Source: the human T2T-CHM13v2.0 reference genome, Homo sapiens
Strand: one strand, 5' to 3'
DNA length: 64,000 nt
Assembly (NCBI RefSeq): GCF_009914755.1
Contig: NC_060937.1
Shown here: positions 58,151-64,000 of the stretch, piece after piece
How positions within the stretch are numbered: the stretch's first letter is position 1
Layout of the letters: every line of letters starts with the position of its first letter
The notes under the pieces: generated by a model
What the model was told of the DNA's origin: nothing
The model's database searches: none
What the model saw: the letters and a program-made list of their open reading frames with translations, nothing else
Position numbers and translations under genes: made by a program

Positions 58151-59989
58151 ACTTTACTTCTAACCTGCAGTCCTGATCCACAGCCCAGAAGATGGCCTTG
58201 AGTCATATCCAGAGGCCCAGTGTGTTTCGGGGTCAGAGTCAGCCCGGAGACAGCCAGGCTGGGCACCAGGGTTCTCTGTCTAACCAGGCTTGCCCTCTGA
58301 AGAGCATGGCTTATTTATCAGCTGCCTTGACATCAGCTTCTGCCTCTGTCCTGTGAGAGGTTTAGCCTAGAACTGGTTTCTGTGCATCGTCCAGCTCTAA
58401 AGGAATAGTGACAAGTTATTTCAACATGAGGGGCCAAGCTCTGTGCTGGGAATCTGCTGCCTTCAGTTCTGGTTTCTCTCCAACCAGTGAGCTGCTGTGT
58501 GTCTTGGAGCAAGTGACTATAGCAGTGGCATCTGCTCACCTCCAGTTCTATCATTTTGTTTTTCTAGAAGGGTAAAGGAAAATGAGTGCCATGAATGCCA
58601 CCATGTGAACTGGGGATCGAATGGGAGACAGGTTCCGCACCACCAGAATCTTGGATGATTCACGTCGGCTCTGCTTTGAGTGGACTTGCCGTATTTGGTT
58701 GAAAAACGTAGCTGATGTGAGCAGCTGTGCAAAGATATGTGGGACTCTACACTATGAGAGCTTCTAGAACCACAAATGCTCAATGGAGACAGTCCTCCAT
58801 TCTACACTCAGTCTCTATGACTGTTTGTTGGACTCCGTAACTGTGAGTGACAGTTCAAAGCCCCGTCTGGTCACGGTTGGTGAGGGCCTGGAGATAGTGG
58901 AAAGAGAGGGCATGGAGGTCCCTGGCATGGCAATGAGGAAAGCACACAGCTTTCTCTTGTTGGCAGCATCAACCAACACATTTTGATTGTGCATTAGGGC
59001 TGTTTGTGGTGGCACAGCTCAGTACAGTGTTGGCCATAAAAGGGAAACTAGACCAGAAAAACAAAGCAAAGCAAAGCAAAACAAAACAAAAAAGAAAAGA
59101 GAGAAGAAGGCATTGGGAAACTAGAGGAAGAACGACTCTCTAAAATATGATCAGGGAAGGAATATCCAGTGAAATGTGGCATTTGAAGATGGAATGCATG
59201 ACCTACTAATTGAAAGCTGCATACTAGGAACATTTGATATCAATACAATTTACTCAACCAAATTACTGTTATTAGTGAGTAACAATGACAAAGAGTTATC
59301 CAACATCCACACATTTAATTTTGGTGATTATTATTTACGCGTGATTTATTACCCCCAGTGCAAAGCACAGCTGGAAGGATCACAGAGATGACTCGCAAGT
59401 TCCTAAGGCCAAATTTTTGTTTTGTTTTGCTTCGCCAAAATGATGGTTTTATCGAATCCCCGGGATGACAGCCTACACCTGATAGATATGTCGCTAACAC
59501 CAAATGCATTGGAGGAAATGCAGGAGCATTGAATTATAACTTTGTTTCTAATGAGAGGTTCAACCTTCTCTTTGTTCTTAAATAAGAAGCCCTAACCAGA
59601 GATCTTGAGAAGGATACAAGCCTAATACTTTCTTTAAGACAGTAGTTGCAGACTACAAAGAGGGCACGGTAACACCATGTTATGTTCAAATCACTTGAAA
59701 TGATTTAATTGCAGTATTTCTACCGTTTTTAGGAAGGCTGCCTTTCCAGGCCCACCAAAAACACTTACAGCGCATTCTTAAGCCTGCACAAAAATAATTT
59801 GCATAATTGTTATATTTAGGGAACAATGGGCCAGAGGGGAATCCCATTCTTGTCCCAGCATTTAATTCTGTGTAAGGTAACACTGTTCCCACTGCCAGAG
59901 CCCATCCCTTTCCTATTTTAGTTGCAGTTGGATAGCAGCAGGCAATGTACATTGCAACGTATGCATTTAAATCAAATTATCTTTTATTA

Positions 59990-60334
<345 letters not shown>

Positions 60335-62293
60335 TCAGTAAACCACCGCACCAACAACTAGCAATGAAGATGGAATAGTTCAGTTAAAATGAATTAAAGG
60401 CAGTAGCTAGTCCTCCAAAGGGTCAAGTTCTCAGATTTTCCAAAATTTTCATTGACTGTGAGTGACTGCCTCACCTGTGTACTCTGGTGTCAGGAGGGGA
60501 GGCAGTGTTCTGGGTGGAGATAGGTTTGCACATCTCTCTGTTGGATAGGCCTCTGGCCAAACCACTGTGTCTGGTGGTGGGATTTTGAACAGAAAGCCTA
60601 TGGAGCTTTATAACTAGAGTGAAAGCCACAGGCCACGGAGAGCCTTCTCAATCCACAGCAGGCCTGGGTACTAATCCATTGCCAGTGTTTTCTTTTGGGA
60701 ACCTGTAAATTCGTGAGAATTCCCTCTCTCCTCTATCAACGGTTTTTTTAATGATTTCTATTCCCAGGCTGTCTCTGACATTCAGCATAAATGCTACCTT
60801 TGCCTAATTCTTAAACAAATAGATTTTGCCCCCAGTCAAATGATTAGGGCAAAGACACCTATCGTACAGTGCTAGCCATGGGATGGATGGAGGGGTTGGG
60901 TGTTTTAGTGCTTCTTCCCCATAATCCCCATCTATTTTACCTTCAAACCACCCCAAATAAACACTAATTCTAAGTAAATGCAGTGTACTTGCTGTGCAAA
61001 TGATTTAAAATAATTCCTGCCATGTTCTTGTCACCCCAATCAAATTGTCACCAGCTTCTTTCTTTAGGAAGCCCCTCCCTGCGGGAAGTCCCAAGAGCTG
61101 GCAGTGCTTCAACAGCGGGCCCCTTCCTACCTGTGGCCTTCTCTATACTCTCATTTAGTTTCGGGGGAAGCTTGACACTATGGCTGTCCTTAGACTTCCT
61201 ACCGCATTCATAACCTGGGAGATTCTCATTTGTTCTAATTCCTGAATTTTCCCAATGGGTCTTAAAAAAATAAATTACAAATATTTGAAAAGTGAAGTAT
61301 TTCTTATCCGAAAGTTAGACAGCCTTGCCCTTTAGATGTTCCAGTGTGGCATGTCAAATCCTTAACTCAGTTGGTTTATCTCTGCTCCAGCTAACTGGAA
61401 CATAAATTCCCCTGTTTTTTACCACTCGTCTCTATTGAAAGCAGCAATTTTCTGGCTGAGATGCTATCACAGGAACCAGCAGCCTTGGGGCCTAATCTGA
61501 GTTCCATGATAGAGTGTCTGTTGTACATGATGGGATATTTCTGAATGTATCTAGGCTTCCATTTCTCCATGGACAAAGTGAGAAGACATTGTCTCCACCC
61601 TCATCGTAAGTGGGGTGTAGAGATAAATTATGTTTTTGGAAGAATTTTGAGCTCTTAGGATGAATGTGATTTTAAAATCTGCAGAAACCCTTATTGCTGC
61701 CATTCTGTTGACCCCAAATCTTTAGTGTCCTGGATCTTTGCTTTTTGCTAATACACCAGTAATGGTTGTTTATGATGATATCTTTGAAATGCTGCAAGAT
61801 TCCAAAATGTCTTCTGAGTCCCCAAAGAGACCTTCAGAATGCATCCAGTAGATTTTTACTATTTAGTAGATAGTAAAGGACATTCTAGATATTTGGACAA
61901 ACAAGGGTGATATTAACTCTGTCAATCAAATATTAAATGATTAAAAACATGATAGGAGAGTCTATTCTCTATAACAATGTCTTTCTCCCCCTCTGTCACA
62001 TAGACACACATCCATAGAGAGAAATAAAGAAACCCAACACAGCATGGTATAGAACAGTAGATAACCCTTGCTTCCTTCTTCTCTACTCTTATCCTAAGAG
62101 ACAGATCTTCCCTGTTCATTTTAGGATGGAACTCATTTAACAAAATCTTTATTATATGAACATCAAAGACCTAATTAACACAGATTGTGTGTATATATAT
62201 ATATATAAGAAAATAGAATTCTTATAGTTTGTAGAATAGGACTTCCTGGTCTTGACCTGGTCTGCTGTAGCACTCAGAGGCCTTTGCTGAGAG

Positions 62294-62348
62294 AGTGTGT
62301 GTGTGTGTGTGTGTGTGCGTGTGTGCGTGTGTGTGAGGTGTGTGTGTG
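62294..62348. repeat. (TG)n compound microsatellite
   Basis: Pure TG run followed by CG/AG-interrupted units. Confidence 0.93.
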
Positions 62349-62831
62349 AGGTGCCACACGCCAGCAAGCTGATTGTAGATTATGACTCTTGAATGGGTAA
62401 TGGCTCTTAGTTTATGCATCTCTTACAGGAATGTAATTTTTCTTCACTAAGAAAATAAGTTTTGAAAATAAGTAACTTTAAGGTAGTTCATAAGTTTTAC
62501 AGCTAAATTTTAGGTAGACTATGAATTTATTCTGTAAATATATAAACAGAAAATAGTGGGACATGAGAATGGGAAATATTACTGGTACTGGCAGAATCTA
62601 CCAGAGCACTAGACAGATACTATTCAATGGTCATGTCCCATGGTCCTCCTGGCTTCACAGTACTTGGTAGTCCAAGGGACATCAGCACTGTGTCGGTGGA
62701 AGAAGAGGCGGCTGGAAGAGGATAATTCAGACCTCCTAACAAGTCTGTGAATTGTTTCATATCCATTGTTTATGTGGTGAGGTCTCACAGGACCCACAGA
62801 TTAGCACTGGGTGAAGGATTGTGTATGGGTA

Positions 62832-63228
62832 TGATACGGTGTGGATGTTTGTCCCTCCAAATCTTTTGTTGAACTGTGACCTCCAATGTTGGAAGTAGGT
62901 CCTGGTGGGAGGTGTTTGGATCATGGGGGTGGCTGCCTCATAAATGGCTTGGTGTCCTCCTCACAGTAATAAATGAGTTCTCACTTGATGAGTCCTCTCA
63001 GAGAGCTGGTTGTTAAAAAGAGCCTGGCACCTTCCCTTTCTTGTCATGTGGCATATCAGCTCCTCCTTCAGCTTCTATTATGATTGGAAGCTCCCTGAGG
63101 CCTCACCAGAAGCAGATGCTGGCGCCATGCTTCTTGTACAGTCTGCAGAACCATGATCCAAGTAAACCTCTTTTCTTTATAAATTACCCAGGACCCAGTG
63201 ATTCTTCACAGCAACACAAAACAAACAG
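62832..63228 (+). mobile_element. MSTB-like MaLR solo LTR
   Basis: tgatacggtgtggatgtttgtccctccaaatc...ccagaagcagatgctggcgccatgcttcttgtacag...aaacctcttttctttataaattaccca. Confidence 0.88.
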
Positions 63229-64000
63229 AGGGTACCACTGGGCACTCTGACTAGAGACTTCCACACTCCTTCCTCTCCCTGACCTTGTATTTCCTCATCA
63301 TCCACCCTGCTGCTTTGTAAAGCCCCACTCTACACAGAAACACTCATGTTCCAGGCCCAGTTCACAACCACTATAGTGTTGTCACACACAGGGTCCGCCC
63401 CTCCCTCCTCACTTCAGGATCCTCAGTGAGCTCACACCCTTAAATTTTTGTGTACATATGTGTGTCTCTCTGCTCAGGAGGCTCCTTCGACACTGAGAGC
63501 ATTTCTCATGATAATGATTATCTTCACATCCCTGTCATCACACTTAAGACATCACTTTGTACACAGTAGGTACTTAATAAAGTTTAGTTGTTTTTAAATA
63601 ATCACAAGTATTTGTAAGGCCGTGGTTAGTTGTCTTATGACTTTAAGGGTGAGAGTAATGATTTTTTTATTTTATTTTTTATTTTTTTGCTTTCCAGCAT
63701 TCTTGATTTCTCTTTGAATGTAGGCAGTCCCCACTCTTCTGGCCTAGATCTCCATGTGTTCTTGCTCTCTCTCCACACCTGTCTTTCGTGGTGGGGGCTG
63801 CTATTGCACTTTTGACCACTATCTATTTTTTAATGATCCCCAAGTCTGAGCTTTTGTGCTCACATCTGTCCCAACCACTTGTCTTGTGTTATCCCTCCAC
63901 CAGACACTGCCACCCACATCAGCACAGATCCCTCATCGTCTGCTCATCAGCCCCTACCCACTGAGCTCCAGATTTTGCTCAGTGATGTTACCAAGTGCCC

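Overview
Non-coding, repeat-rich primate genomic DNA. An AluYb8 carrying its diagnostic 7-bp duplication (4514-4870) indicates a human origin. I find no protein-coding exon, RNA gene, CpG-island promoter or microbial-type system. The long ORFs in the track are translations of Alu, L1, LTR or (TG)-rich low-complexity sequence. The window holds about 20 Alus, several L1 fragments on both strands, MaLR/ERV LTR elements (including a full-length THE1 with a 5-bp TSD and a MER50-like solo LTR with a 4-bp TSD), a complete Tigger2b-type element, old MIR/L2/MER relics and a 1.26-kb higher-order TG-rich repeat. I found no convincing novel biological system. The best leads are structural: an internally deleted L1 inside one TSD pair, a four-level nested insertion with a possible L1 3' transduction, a tail-less Alu fragment beside templated duplications, an AluS/AluY mosaic with intact TSDs, a 16-bp inverted repeat and an abrupt LTR-L2 junction. 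Family names come from recalled consensus motifs rather than a database search, and boundaries of old elements are approximate. I could not identify the chromosomal locus.
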